Shown: piece after piece, positions 27,540 to 37,757 of the stretch
Position numbering within the stretch: position 1 is the first letter of the stretch
How the letters are laid out: the number at the start of each line of letters is the position of its first letter
DNA from: a virus
Direction: 5' to 3' (one strand)
Virus record (IMG/VR): IMGVR_UViG_3300008111_000003
Length of the DNA stretch: 64,000 bases
Translations under genes and position numbers: made by a program
Notes under the pieces: generated by a model
Database searches by the model: none
The model's input: the letters and a program-made list of their open reading frames with translations, nothing else
Told to the model about the DNA's origin: nothing

Positions 27540-28544
27540 ATGGCTGGAATCGGACTTGATGTTGGTACAAGTTATATTGTAAAAGCAAAAGATAATAACG
27601 GCAATATTGAATATAAAGACTTTAGAGATGCTTTCTATATTATAAAGCCATCATCCCCAGTAGCCACAAAAATGATCGAAAAAGGATTGTCTGGTAAGGT
27701 TTTTATCAAAGATAATGATGGATCATTTATTCTCTTAGGTAAAGATGCTATTGAAAAAGCAATAGAAAGAAACGATACAGCAAAAAGACCAATGTATAGG
27801 GGCGTTGTATCAGCAAAAGAAAAAGATGCTAAAAGAGTATTAGCATTTATCCTACAAGAAGTAGTCGGGCAATCTTCTGAAGCCGGTCAAAAATTGGTTT
27901 ATTGTGTTCCAGCACAACCTGTAGATCAAGAAGATGAAGATTTTGATATTGGATATCATGAAGATGTTATTAAGACTATCTTACAAGAAGTTGGTTATGA
28001 TGCTCGATCTATTAATGAAGCAGAAGCGTTGTGCTATGCTGAATTAGATACAAATGATTATACTGGCATAGGTATTAGTTGTGGTGCTGGAATGACTAAT
28101 ATTTGTGTTATGCTTAATGGTGAACCAACCGTGGTTTTTAGTACCACCAAGAGTGGCGACTGGGTTGATCGTATGAGTGCTGTAGCCACCGGAGAACCCG
28201 ATAGTGTAATTCAAGCAGAGAAGGAGGCGGGTGGTTTTAAAATTGGCGAACCCAACGATAATCCAATATTAGCAGCGGTTTCAGCATACTATGAAAGATT
28301 AATTGATTATACTACTAAGCAATTAAGTGCTGCTCTTACTGGACATAAAAGTTTACCAAAGTTTAAAGATCCACTAACAATTGTTATTGCTGGAGGAACA
28401 TCTCAGGCTAATGGATATATTGAACAGTTTACGCAAAAACTAAGCGATAATAATTTTCCACTAGTAGTCAAAGAAATCAGACACGCCAAAGATCCATTAC
28501 ACGCTGTTGCTAAAGGTTGTTTGATAGCATCCCAAATACTCTAA
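27540..28544 (+). CDS. actin-fold ATPase (volactin/MreB-like)
   Basis: GLDVGTS, RPM.RG, INEAEA, ISCGAGMT, IAGGTS, AVAKG. Confidence 0.85.
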   Translation: MAGIGLDVGTSYIVKAKDNNGNIEYKDFRDAFYIIKPSSPVATKMIEKGLSGKVFIKDNDGSFILLGKDAIEKAIERNDTAKRPMYRGVVSAKEKDAKRVLAFILQEVVGQSSEAGQKLVYCVPAQPVDQEDEDFDIGYHEDVIKTILQEVGYDARSINEAEALCYAELDTNDYTGIGISCGAGMTNICVMLNGEPTVVFSTTKSGDWVDRMSAVATGEPDSVIQAEKEAGGFKIGEPNDNPILAAVSAYYERLIDYTTKQLSAALTGHKSLPKFKDPLTIVIAGGTSQANGYIEQFTQKLSDNNFPLVVKEIRHAKDPLHAVAKGCLIASQIL

Positions 28545-28582
28545 AATAATAAAAATGGTGTATTATTTCATGGAGAAAAACC

Positions 28583-29338
28583 ATGAGATTATACTTAGCA
28601 ATATTTTTAACGCTATGTTTTAGTATCAATGGAACTCTTGCAGGAACTATTGATCCAGAAACACCAGATACTAAATATGTGGAATTTGGAAAAGAATTCA
28701 AGAGCATAGGAAGAATATGTGGAACTTATCAAAATGATACAAAGTTCTGTGGTTCTTGTGTTGTAATATCTGAAAACATTATTTTAACAGCGGCTCATGT
28801 TGTGCAGAACTATAAAGTTGTTAAAGTAACAGTAGAAGATAAGGATTACGAGATTATAAAATGTGTGTGGCCAAAAGAATTTGATGATAGTGTTTTTGGT
28901 AAAAGTGATATAGCAATTTGTTACTCAAAAGATCCTATCAAATTAGATTTTTATCCATCTTTATATGAAGCAGAGGATGAGGTTGATAAAGTCTGCACAC
29001 TATCTGGATATGGTATGAAAGGAACATTTAGTAGCGGCGCTGTTAATTCTGATCAAAAAAAACGAGCAGGATCAAATAAGATAGACTATATAGATAGAGA
29101 TTTATTAATGTGTTCACCATCAAAGCCAGGAGATAAGGATAAAACAGCATTAGAGTTTCTTATAGGTAGTGGTGATAGCGGAGGTGGATTATTTATTGGT
29201 AACAAGTTAGCAGGAATTCACTCATGTGTATTATGGGATACTAAAAATAAAAATGCATCCAATTCTAGATACGGTTCTGAGTCTGGACACACAAGAATTA
29301 GTAAATACAGGAAGTGGATATTAGATAATAGTAAATAG
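28583..29338 (+). CDS. secreted trypsin-like serine protease
   Basis: signal peptide; TAAH, DIA, GDSGG triad motifs. Confidence 0.88.
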   Translation: MRLYLAIFLTLCFSINGTLAGTIDPETPDTKYVEFGKEFKSIGRICGTYQNDTKFCGSCVVISENIILTAAHVVQNYKVVKVTVEDKDYEIIKCVWPKEFDDSVFGKSDIAICYSKDPIKLDFYPSLYEAEDEVDKVCTLSGYGMKGTFSSGAVNSDQKKRAGSNKIDYIDRDLLMCSPSKPGDKDKTALEFLIGSGDSGGGLFIGNKLAGIHSCVLWDTKNKNASNSRYGSESGHTRISKYRKWILDNSK

Positions 29339-29410
29339 TAATCTCCCCCGCTGCATAAGATATAAGAGAGTTCTAAGTGATAGTCAAGACAAAAATTTCT
29401 TATAGTCACC

Positions 29411-29438
29411 TTGACACTCAGAGTCAGCACGATATAAT
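29411..29438 (+). promoter_or_regulatory. sigma70-type promoter
   Basis: TTGACA-N16-TATAAT. Confidence 0.75.
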
Positions 29439-29645
29439 AGTTTGTATCACAACAGTTTAAAAACAGAAAATGTCAGATCCAGATAAAAAAGATTTACGTC
29501 GGCAAAAATTAGCAGATAAAAACTATAAAAAACATCAGATTTCTGATGAACAACGCTTTATCTCAAAGTCTAAAAAACAGTTCAAAAAAAATATCCAGGA
29601 AATTAGAGAAGAAGAATTGTGGGAAGATTGGGAACAGGATTATAA

Positions 29646-29882
29646 ATGAAATATATTGAGGAACTAGAATGTGGAGACACTTTTACTCTAAAGGATAAGG
29701 TCTATGTGTTAACATCAGACTTTAAGAAAGATGGACAAAGATTATGTTATTCGTTATCTGATGGATTTCCTTCTTGGTTTCAGAATCAAACTATTGTTGA
29801 CCATTCTCCAATTTATATTTTAGACAAAGATAATAACACAACACCAGTTAAAATAACAAAGAAAATAGATGTTTCTAATTAG
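29646..29882 (+). CDS. hypothetical protein
   Basis: ORF track. Confidence 0.6.
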   Translation: MKYIEELECGDTFTLKDKVYVLTSDFKKDGQRLCYSLSDGFPSWFQNQTIVDHSPIYILDKDNNTTPVKITKKIDVSN

Positions 29883-30129
29883 ATTGAAAACTTTTCTTAA
29901 GTCCTTATTTTGGCATATTAATCGTGGTTTGCCAAAGAGTAGTCAGCATACTATAGACTATAGGTATAGTATTTGTTCTTCTTGTGACAAGTTAGATAAA
30001 AAAAATAGTCAGTGTTTGGTTTGTGGATGTAATATTAATAACAAGCGTATATTTTTAAATAAATTAGCATGGGCCGATCAAAAATGTCCACTAGACAAAT
30101 GGAACAGTGTAAATGAAAACTCTAAGTAA
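29869..30129 (+). CDS. Cys-rich small protein (R..IC..C...C..CGC...K...CP..KW)
   Basis: motif common in phages. Confidence 0.65.
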   Translation: MFLIRLKTFLKSLFWHINRGLPKSSQHTIDYRYSICSSCDKLDKKNSQCLVCGCNINNKRIFLNKLAWADQKCPLDKWNSVNENSK

Positions 30130-30637
30130 ACTACCAACAATATACGGCAATTTATTCAATTTTGTACAGGAACACATATACAATGAATATAATGGTTCTA
30201 GTATTGTGGTTCCTCATGTTTGCAACAATGTTAATGCTTTTGGGGCTGGATTTGCTGCTGGTGTTGCCAAGCACTATCCGATAGTCAAAGAAAATTATCA
30301 TCTTCTAGGATCTAAAAATGTGCTTGGTTATGTTCAGTTCGTGGAAGTTGAGAAAGATCCTAAATATGGTCATAAATTAATCTTTGCAAATATGATTGCC
30401 CAAAATGGTACAATTTCTAAAAATAACAGAAGACCGCTACATTATGGTGCTTTAGCAAAAACCATGTATAGAGTGAGTGAGTATTTATTACTAAGTTTTA
30501 ACAACGACAATAAAGTACAAATTCATTGTCCAAAATTTGGTTGTGGACTTGCTGGAGGAAACTGGAATTTTATTCAGGACTTGATACTAGATATTTGGGA
30601 AGACCATAGGGTTGTAGTATATGATATTAGAAAATAG
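30113..30637 (+). CDS. macro domain (ADP-ribose-binding/hydrolase) protein
   Basis: HVCN....GAGFA, ANMIAQ, PKFGCGLAGGNW. Confidence 0.85.
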   Translation: MKTLSKLPTIYGNLFNFVQEHIYNEYNGSSIVVPHVCNNVNAFGAGFAAGVAKHYPIVKENYHLLGSKNVLGYVQFVEVEKDPKYGHKLIFANMIAQNGTISKNNRRPLHYGALAKTMYRVSEYLLLSFNNDNKVQIHCPKFGCGLAGGNWNFIQDLILDIWEDHRVVVYDIRK

Positions 30638-31175
30638 TACTGAAATACCAACCAGATCACACTTAATAAACCTTATCCAACCTACAAGTATTGGTTGTGA
30701 ACTAGGCGTGTTTTTGTGTGAGTATTCTGATTTATTTATAGAATCAGGAAAATTTCAGAAGTTTTATTTGGTAGATACTTTTAGTGGTATAGTCGGATCT
30801 GGAGATATAAATGGAGAAAATATTCAAACATTTAATGGTGACTATTTATTTGATCACGCACTAAGAAAATATTCACATAACACCAATGTTACCATTTCTA
30901 AGATAGACTCTATAACTTTTTTAAAGTCTAAAGAAGATAGTTATTTTGATTTTATCTATATTGATACTATTCATACCTATGATCATCTAATTGTTGAATT
31001 AGAAGAAGCACTAAGGGTAACTAAAAATAATGGGCTGATATGTGGTCATGACTACAATCAAGACATATTCCCAGGAGTAGTCAGTGCTGTTAAAAGCTTT
31101 ACTAACAAAAATAAATTTCGATATTATATTACAACTAAAGAAAAACTAGCCTCGTTTATTATTGTAAAAAATTAA
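30621..31175 (+). CDS. class I SAM methyltransferase (Methyltransf_24-like)
   Basis: ELGV, VDTF, FDFIYID..H.Y, ICGHDY. Confidence 0.85.
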   Translation: MILENSTEIPTRSHLINLIQPTSIGCELGVFLCEYSDLFIESGKFQKFYLVDTFSGIVGSGDINGENIQTFNGDYLFDHALRKYSHNTNVTISKIDSITFLKSKEDSYFDFIYIDTIHTYDHLIVELEEALRVTKNNGLICGHDYNQDIFPGVVSAVKSFTNKNKFRYYITTKEKLASFIIVKN

Positions 31176-31181
31176 TCCACA

Positions 31182-31820
31182 ATGAAAAAAGCTATTACAT
31201 CTTTTGGAACTGATTATCATAGTTCTTTGTTGTCATTATCTATTAAAACCTTATATATGTACGCCTATAATCATAATTATGATCTATTCTTTCCGTCTAA
31301 TAATTTTTTTAGTGATACTACCAAAATTAAACCTCCTTCATGGTGGAAGTTAGATGTTATAGAAAATTTATTGAAAACATATGAACAAGTTTTATGGATT
31401 GACTCAGATGTGATTATATGTAGATTTGAAAATGATATTGCTAATGAGATGGATCAAAATTCTACTTTTGGTCTTGTTGTCCATGAAACTTCTGATGGCT
31501 GGGTTCCTAATTGTGGGGTTTGGTTTTTAAATCAATCCTTTCTAGAAATTATTCCAGAAATTAAATCATATACTGATTTTAGAAGATCTGGTTGTTGGTG
31601 GGAGCAAGCATCATTAATATATCTCATGGGTACTGACCCTGACTCAACACCAATAATCAGACCAAAACATACAAACATACAGTGGACAAGTCTAGACTAC
31701 AGGTGGAACCCTCATATCAATGATCATAGAAAAATACCACCGGATACAAAATTTTTTCATTCCACTTGTTTTCCAGATAGATATCAAGCTATGAGTAATA
31801 TACTTGCTCAAATAGGTTAA
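31182..31820 (+). CDS. glycosyltransferase (GT34/GT8-like)
   Basis: WWKL, WIDSD, NCGV, WEQ, WN, H motifs. Confidence 0.8.
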   Translation: MKKAITSFGTDYHSSLLSLSIKTLYMYAYNHNYDLFFPSNNFFSDTTKIKPPSWWKLDVIENLLKTYEQVLWIDSDVIICRFENDIANEMDQNSTFGLVVHETSDGWVPNCGVWFLNQSFLEIIPEIKSYTDFRRSGCWWEQASLIYLMGTDPDSTPIIRPKHTNIQWTSLDYRWNPHINDHRKIPPDTKFFHSTCFPDRYQAMSNILAQIG

Positions 31821-31822
31821 TT

Positions 31823-32671
31823 ATGTTTTCTATTTTACCAGAATTTAAAGAACAATATTCTAGATATATAGATCTAGGTAAAAAGTATCTGAGTAATCAA
31901 AAGATTATTGTAGTTGGACTAACTAGAAATTCAGAATCATATCTAGAAGAAAATATTTTGGCAATTGATAATATCAAAAGTTATTGTAGTAAATTATCAT
32001 ATTTTATATATGAGAATGATTCTACTGATAATACTAGTAAAACCTTATCTAGTCTTAAGTCCAAAGTTCAAAATTTCGATTATAGATCTGATAAACTAAA
32101 TCTCAAACAGTTTGTTCACGGGAAAAACATGGACCTTAAATCCATAGAAAGAACGTCTAATCTTGCTAAACACCGTAACATTTGCTTATCTCATGTTCAA
32201 AAGAATAATGACAAATTTGATTTTGTCATAGTGATGGATACAGATTTTCAAAAATTTAGTCTTGATGGTATCATTAATTCTTTTGGATGGCTGTCTGCTA
32301 ATTATTGTGATGCTATGGTTGGTAATTCATTTGAGATGAAATCATTAACTATGGATCAAACATCTCAAATTATATGGAATTATGACTGTTGGGCATATAG
32401 AGGCTCTTGGTGGGAAGATTTGCAAAAATATGCAGCAGTATATTCTCATGATCCTATGATGTGGTTTGGTTTTTGGCAACCGCCTATTGGAAGTAGTCCG
32501 ATTAAAGTTAACAGTGCTTTTGGTGGTATTGCTATATATAAAAGCGCTGACTATATTAAAAGTAAATATGATGGATATGATTGTGAGCATGTATGTTTTC
32601 ATAAAAATATGATCACTAAATTTCCAGATTATAAGATATGTATAAACCCATCTCAAATGATGTTTTTTTGA
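31823..32671 (+). CDS. glycosyltransferase (CAP59/GT69-like)
   Basis: YENDSTD.T, LA..RN, VMDTD, VNSAFGG.AIY, CEHV. Confidence 0.8.
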   Translation: MFSILPEFKEQYSRYIDLGKKYLSNQKIIVVGLTRNSESYLEENILAIDNIKSYCSKLSYFIYENDSTDNTSKTLSSLKSKVQNFDYRSDKLNLKQFVHGKNMDLKSIERTSNLAKHRNICLSHVQKNNDKFDFVIVMDTDFQKFSLDGIINSFGWLSANYCDAMVGNSFEMKSLTMDQTSQIIWNYDCWAYRGSWWEDLQKYAAVYSHDPMMWFGFWQPPIGSSPIKVNSAFGGIAIYKSADYIKSKYDGYDCEHVCFHKNMITKFPDYKICINPSQMMFF

Positions 32672-32826
32672 CTAAGGAGAATTTAAAATAACAATTGTAC
32701 TTATTATTGCTATGTTGATTGGAGTATTTCAAGCATACATTTCAATTTGTGATGTTAGATTAAATAAAACTTCAGGTGTGAAACCTTCAAATAGTTTAAT
32801 TGAATATATTTTTTTGAATCGCTAAG

Positions 32827-33366
32827 ATGAATAGACTTAATAATCAAAGAGTTTACCTTGCTGGTGCTATGGATAGGGTAATAGATCGTGGTACTGGATG
32901 GAGAGATAGTATTACTCCATTTCTTACTAGTCTAGGAATAGTAGTTTTTAACCCAATTAGTAAACCAACCGATATCGGATTAGAAGATCATGATACTCAT
33001 CAAATTAAAACTAAACTGAAACATATGGGTCGATATGATGAATTGACTGCGATGATGAAAACTATACGAGCAGTAGATTTACGATTAGTTGATATTAGTG
33101 ATTTTCTGATAGTTAATCTTGATTTAGATCACTATGCTTGTGGAACATGGGAAGAAATAAGTCTGGCAAACCGTCAAAAAAAACCTATTATAGTTCATAT
33201 GGCTCAAGGTAAAAATCACGCACCTGACTGGCTTTTTGGAATGATCCCACACCAAATGATTTTTTCAAGTTGGGATGAAATCAAACATTATCTTAGCCAT
33301 ATTAATACATCAGAAAATATAGATACTCATAAGAGATGGTATTTCTTCAATGCAAAAAATAATTAA
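32827..33366 (+). CDS. nucleoside 2-deoxyribosyltransferase-like protein
   Basis: VYLAGAM, WR, VFNP, DL..VD.SD, GTWEE, KP. Confidence 0.8.
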   Translation: MNRLNNQRVYLAGAMDRVIDRGTGWRDSITPFLTSLGIVVFNPISKPTDIGLEDHDTHQIKTKLKHMGRYDELTAMMKTIRAVDLRLVDISDFLIVNLDLDHYACGTWEEISLANRQKKPIIVHMAQGKNHAPDWLFGMIPHQMIFSSWDEIKHYLSHINTSENIDTHKRWYFFNAKNN

Positions 33367-34468
33367 TGAAACTAAACTAGACTTCGATGATGTTCTCATA
33401 AGACCAAAAAGATCCACACTAAATAGTAGATCAGAGGTTAATTTAGTACGATCATATTCTTTTAAGTATTCTCCACGCAAATTATTAGCATCTCCAATTA
33501 TGGTTGCTAATATGGATACTGTTGGCACGTTAGATATGGCTAAATCCCTATGCCCACACTCCGCCATAACCTGCTTGCATAAACACTATACTAAAGAACA
33601 GTATATAGATTTTTATAAACAACAAGTTATTAATGATTTAGTTTTTTATTCTATAGGCACAAGCGAAAAAGATATCAATAAGGCGATAGAAGTATTTCGT
33701 TCTATTGAACAAACTAAACAATATCCAAATATTTGTCTTGATGTGGCAAATGGGTATACTGAACAGTTTGTAAAAACAGCATATAGATTAAGAAATTTAT
33801 TTCCAGAATCTATTATTATGGCTGGTAATGTAGTAACTCCAGAAATGACAGAAGAATTAATTATTCATGGACAGGTCGATATAGTCAAGGTTGGTATAGG
33901 GTCAGGCAGCGTTTGTACCACTCGTTTAAAAACGGGCGTTGGATACCCACAACTGAGTGCTGTAATGGAATGCTCCGATGCTGCTCATGGTCTAGGTGGT
34001 CATATTTGTAGCGATGGAGGTTGTAAAGTAGTCGGAGATATTGCGAAAGCTCTTGGTGGAAATGCGGATTTTCTAATGTTGGGAAGTATGTTTGCTGGTG
34101 TTGACGAGTGTGAAGGAGAATGGCAATATGAATATTTGGGAGGTAAAGATACAGATTATTTATTTTGGCAACCTTTTGATCCAGGCAATAACTCACCCAA
34201 AAGAAAAGTATCATTGAAATATTATGGTATGAGTAGCAAAGACGCTATGAATAAACACCATAATGGAGTAGCAGATTATAGAACAGATGAAGGCAAATGT
34301 GTGATTGTGCCATACAAAGGAACAGCACAAGATATTATACAAGATATCTATGGTGGATTAAGAAGTGCATGTACTTATATTGGAGCAAATAGCATTAAAG
34401 ATTTCGGTAAAAAAACAACTTTTATACAGGTAAATAATACTCATAATAAAATATATGAAAAACCTTAA
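33350..34468 (+). CDS. guaC: GMP reductase
   Basis: [49 protein letters not shown]. Confidence 0.95.
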   Translation: MQKIINETKLDFDDVLIRPKRSTLNSRSEVNLVRSYSFKYSPRKLLASPIMVANMDTVGTLDMAKSLCPHSAITCLHKHYTKEQYIDFYKQQVINDLVFYSIGTSEKDINKAIEVFRSIEQTKQYPNICLDVANGYTEQFVKTAYRLRNLFPESIIMAGNVVTPEMTEELIIHGQVDIVKVGIGSGSVCTTRLKTGVGYPQLSAVMECSDAAHGLGGHICSDGGCKVVGDIAKALGGNADFLMLGSMFAGVDECEGEWQYEYLGGKDTDYLFWQPFDPGNNSPKRKVSLKYYGMSSKDAMNKHHNGVADYRTDEGKCVIVPYKGTAQDIIQDIYGGLRSACTYIGANSIKDFGKKTTFIQVNNTHNKIYEKP

Positions 34469-35570
34469 TTTATTCTGCCCGATCAATGGTACTGGCTATG
34501 GAATAACATCATCAAATATAGCCAAGTCCCTAAATAAAGATTTAAATATCAGTCTATTTCCTATTGGATCTAATATAGATTGTAATAGTGAAGAAGATAA
34601 ACAGCTATTCCAAAAACTATTAAATAATAGTTCTACATTCGACTATTCTGCACCATGTCTAAAAATATGGCATCAATATGATTTGGCCATGAGGGTTGGT
34701 AATGGTCACTATTATAGTTTTCCATTCTTTGAAATTGATAAATTAACACCAAGAGAAATTCATCATTTAAACTATTGCGATTATATTTTTGTGGCTTCAT
34801 CGTGGGGTAAGAAAATACTTCAGGACAACGGAGTAAATAAGCCAATTATAGTTTGTCCACTAGGTGTGGATATGAATATTTTTAATGTTCCAGAATATAA
34901 AATTCGACTAGAGAAACCCACTTATACTTTTTATCATATTGGCAAGTGGGAGCATCGTAAGTCTCAAGATGTTTTGTTACAAGCGTTTGATGCCGCATTC
35001 AGACCAGATGATAATGTACAATTATTTCTATTGCCATTTAATCCATTTCTTAATGAACAAGAAAATAATTATTGGTTTAGTTTAGTAGATAATTGTAGAT
35101 TAAAAGATAAGATTAAAGTTTTTGGACGATTACAAACTCAATATCAAGTAGCACAATTTATTGATAATTGTGATTGTGGAGTCTTCGTATCTAGAGCAGA
35201 GGGCTGGAATAATGAAATTATAGAAAGTATGGCTATGAATAAACCTGTTATAGTAACAAATTATTCAGCTCATACTGAATACTGTAATAAAGACAATTCT
35301 TATCTGGTAGATATTGATAGCCTTGAGCCTGCTAATGACGGAAAATGGTTTGATGGGTCCGGTAATTGGGCTAAAATAGGACAAAATCAATTTGATCAAA
35401 TCGTTTCTCATATGAAATTTGTGTATAGTAACCATATAGACTCTAATTCCAATGGAGTTTTAACGGCCAAAAAATATAGTTGGGATCATACTGCCAGTAT
35501 TATACAATCATCATTCCTTAAGAATAATAGTTATTATGCCAATACCAAAAAGAAAACAAAACGAAGATAA
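34455..35570 (+). CDS. GT4-family glycosyltransferase
   Basis: TGYG, GKWEHRK, SRAEGW...ESMA..KPVIVT. Confidence 0.88.
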   Translation: MKNLNLFCPINGTGYGITSSNIAKSLNKDLNISLFPIGSNIDCNSEEDKQLFQKLLNNSSTFDYSAPCLKIWHQYDLAMRVGNGHYYSFPFFEIDKLTPREIHHLNYCDYIFVASSWGKKILQDNGVNKPIIVCPLGVDMNIFNVPEYKIRLEKPTYTFYHIGKWEHRKSQDVLLQAFDAAFRPDDNVQLFLLPFNPFLNEQENNYWFSLVDNCRLKDKIKVFGRLQTQYQVAQFIDNCDCGVFVSRAEGWNNEIIESMAMNKPVIVTNYSAHTEYCNKDNSYLVDIDSLEPANDGKWFDGSGNWAKIGQNQFDQIVSHMKFVYSNHIDSNSNGVLTAKKYSWDHTASIIQSSFLKNNSYYANTKKKTKRR

Positions 35571-36204
35571 TCAGAAATTCGTGGCCCGTTGCATGGGTAA
35601 CGAAACCATGAAAAAGGAATATCCAGATTCTAAACAAAGAGTAGCGATCTGTCTTGGTCAAACTCGTACTAAATCTGGACTATTTGATTATGTATTAGAT
35701 ATCTTAGGTTTTTCGTTAGCCTATAATGATTGTGAAGAATGTGGAGATGTTGAAGAAATAAGCTTATCAAATATAGTTCCTCCAAAAGACGAGGATTATG
35801 TAGACTTTGGAGAAGATACAGAAGAATTAGAACTCCCAGTAGTTGCCAAATATGAATATATAGATCCTGTTACTTTTGAAAAATATTATTTTGAAAGAAG
35901 AGGAAACTACAAAAAAAATGGTCGATATCTTAGATATGAAGGGGAAAGTAAAGCTGCTGAATATCAAGGTCGCAAAGTAACATTAAATAAACCATTTAGA
36001 ACATCAAATGGTCCTAAAAAATTTGCTGTATATACTAAAAATGAAAGTGGTAATGTTGTAATAGTTCGTTTTGGTGATCCTGATCCGAATATGAAAATCA
36101 AAAAGAATATTCCAGAAAGACGTAAAAGTTTTAGAGCAAGACATAACTGCGATAATCCAGGACCAAAATGGAAAGCAAGATATTGGTCTTGCCGTGCGTG
36201 GTAA
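35536..36204 (+). CDS. conserved phage protein (DUF6321-like C-domain)
   Basis: AEYQGRKVTLNKPFR...FGD...RRKSFRARH.C...ARYWSC. Confidence 0.7.
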   Translation: MPIPKRKQNEDNQKFVARCMGNETMKKEYPDSKQRVAICLGQTRTKSGLFDYVLDILGFSLAYNDCEECGDVEEISLSNIVPPKDEDYVDFGEDTEELELPVVAKYEYIDPVTFEKYYFERRGNYKKNGRYLRYEGESKAAEYQGRKVTLNKPFRTSNGPKKFAVYTKNESGNVVIVRFGDPDPNMKIKKNIPERRKSFRARHNCDNPGPKWKARYWSCRAW

Positions 36205-36211
36205 ATTATTA

Positions 36212-36766
36212 ATGGAGATACAAAAAATGTCAGAACCCAAAATAGATCATCTATTAGAAACACATAATACAAAAGCTAATACAACAGAATATACAATATC
36301 TAATATCGGAGATATGCTAAAAGAACTGATCACAAACGTTAATAAATTAGCTGCAAATGATGATACAGATTTTACAGAAGTTGAGGAAACAGAGGAAGAA
36401 ACTCCAGAAATGGAAATGATGGAATACAAAAATGATTTTTATCAGATGAGTGTTGGATCGCTCAGGGCTATTATGAACCATAGTCAGGCTATTTTAGCGG
36501 CTCTGGAAAATCCATCAGTAAAGGAAAACTTGACAGAAAGCTGGCTACAGGGTAAAATTGCTATTACAGAGGACTACATGAGGACCATTCATGATTTTGT
36601 GATGTTTGTATCCGAGGCAGACGATAATAGTATCAGTGGATCCAAACCCGGTCTTTGGGAAAATATACGAAAGAAAAAAGAAAGAATGGGTAAAAAGTAT
36701 AAACCAGCGAAACCCGGCGACAAAGATAGACCAGATCCAGAATCCTGGAAAAAGGCTCAGAAGTAA
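36212..36766 (+). CDS. hypothetical phage protein
   Basis: WLQGKIA...Y and GLWENIRKK motifs; start uncertain. Confidence 0.7.
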   Translation: MEIQKMSEPKIDHLLETHNTKANTTEYTISNIGDMLKELITNVNKLAANDDTDFTEVEETEEETPEMEMMEYKNDFYQMSVGSLRAIMNHSQAILAALENPSVKENLTESWLQGKIAITEDYMRTIHDFVMFVSEADDNSISGSKPGLWENIRKKKERMGKKYKPAKPGDKDRPDPESWKKAQK

Positions 36767-36779
36767 TTAGGAATATAGT

Positions 36780-37091
36780 TTGTTTGAATCTGATAGTGAA
36801 TTTCTACATTGGTTATCTCTTAGACTACAGCATTTTCATAAGTATGATGCTGATCATGATATAATTCATAAATTACAAAACATAGCATCCAAACAAATGT
36901 TCCGTATTGATTTATCTAATCAGGATATAGATAAAATTATAGGACAATATTTGGTAGATTTTAATTTAACAAAAGACGACACTTGCGATATAGGATATTC
37001 TGAAGATCAAAGAAAAGCTGTTAGAGACTATATCAAAAGTATTGTATTAGATATTTATCATAAGCGCGTACCAAAGGATATTCTTAAATAA
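36780..37091 (+). CDS. hypothetical protein
   Basis: ORF track (TTG start). Confidence 0.55.
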   Translation: MFESDSEFLHWLSLRLQHFHKYDADHDIIHKLQNIASKQMFRIDLSNQDIDKIIGQYLVDFNLTKDDTCDIGYSEDQRKAVRDYIKSIVLDIYHKRVPKDILK

Positions 37092-37100
37092 GGAGAAATT

Positions 37101-37757
37101 ATGTTATTACAATTAAATGGTATTGGTAATCAAAAAATTCGATATAAAGATCATTCGGAGATTAATTTCGATAGTCTGGATCACTATGTGACTCTGGCTA
37201 AAAAATCTATAGCAAAATTTTCTAATCAGTTTTATCAAGGATTATCAACAAAAATGCTGAAGGATGAAGATGCTATATCCTCTGTTGCTAATGCTATTAT
37301 GATGGCAGATTGGAGATGGGATGAAAACTATCAAAATGAAAAAGGAACAAAAAAGACCAGATACTCCTATCGAAATCAGTGTGCATTATGGGCTATTCAG
37401 ACCTATATAACAAAAGATCACAAAAAAGACAAGAAATTTAAGAAAAAATTCTTTTCCTTGGACCATGAAATCGAATCAGATGATAGCACAGTATATAACT
37501 GTACACAAGATGAGAAGATGATGTCCCCAGATGATATTTTGATTCAAAAAGAAGACAAAGAAGAATTAACAAAGCTGATTGAGTCCCTACTCTCCTTAGA
37601 CTGCTTAACTCCTAGACAAAAAGACTATATCAAACTATATTACTTTGAGGCTTACACATTTGAAAAAATTGGTCAAAAATATGGTATAACACGAGAAGCA
37701 GTTAGACAGGGTTTAAATAAAGCTATTAATATGATAAAGGAAACAGTTAATGTTTGA
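37101..37757 (+). CDS. phage sigma70-family sigma factor
   Basis: region 4 HTH LTPRQK..IKLYY...TFEKIG..YGITREAVRQ; region 2-like SY...ALWAI. Confidence 0.8.
   Translation: MLLQLNGIGNQKIRYKDHSEINFDSLDHYVTLAKKSIAKFSNQFYQGLSTKMLKDEDAISSVANAIMMADWRWDENYQNEKGTKKTRYSYRNQCALWAIQTYITKDHKKDKKFKKKFFSLDHEIESDDSTVYNCTQDEKMMSPDDILIQKEDKEELTKLIESLLSLDCLTPRQKDYIKLYYFEAYTFEKIGQKYGITREAVRQGLNKAINMIKETVNV

Noticed and set aside
30621-35570. DNA hypermodification pathway (Z-base, 7-deazaguanine, hmC glucosylation)
   Set aside because: No PurZ, Que/Dpd or hydroxymethylase genes recognised; the GT families look glycan-directed, though a DNA target is not excluded
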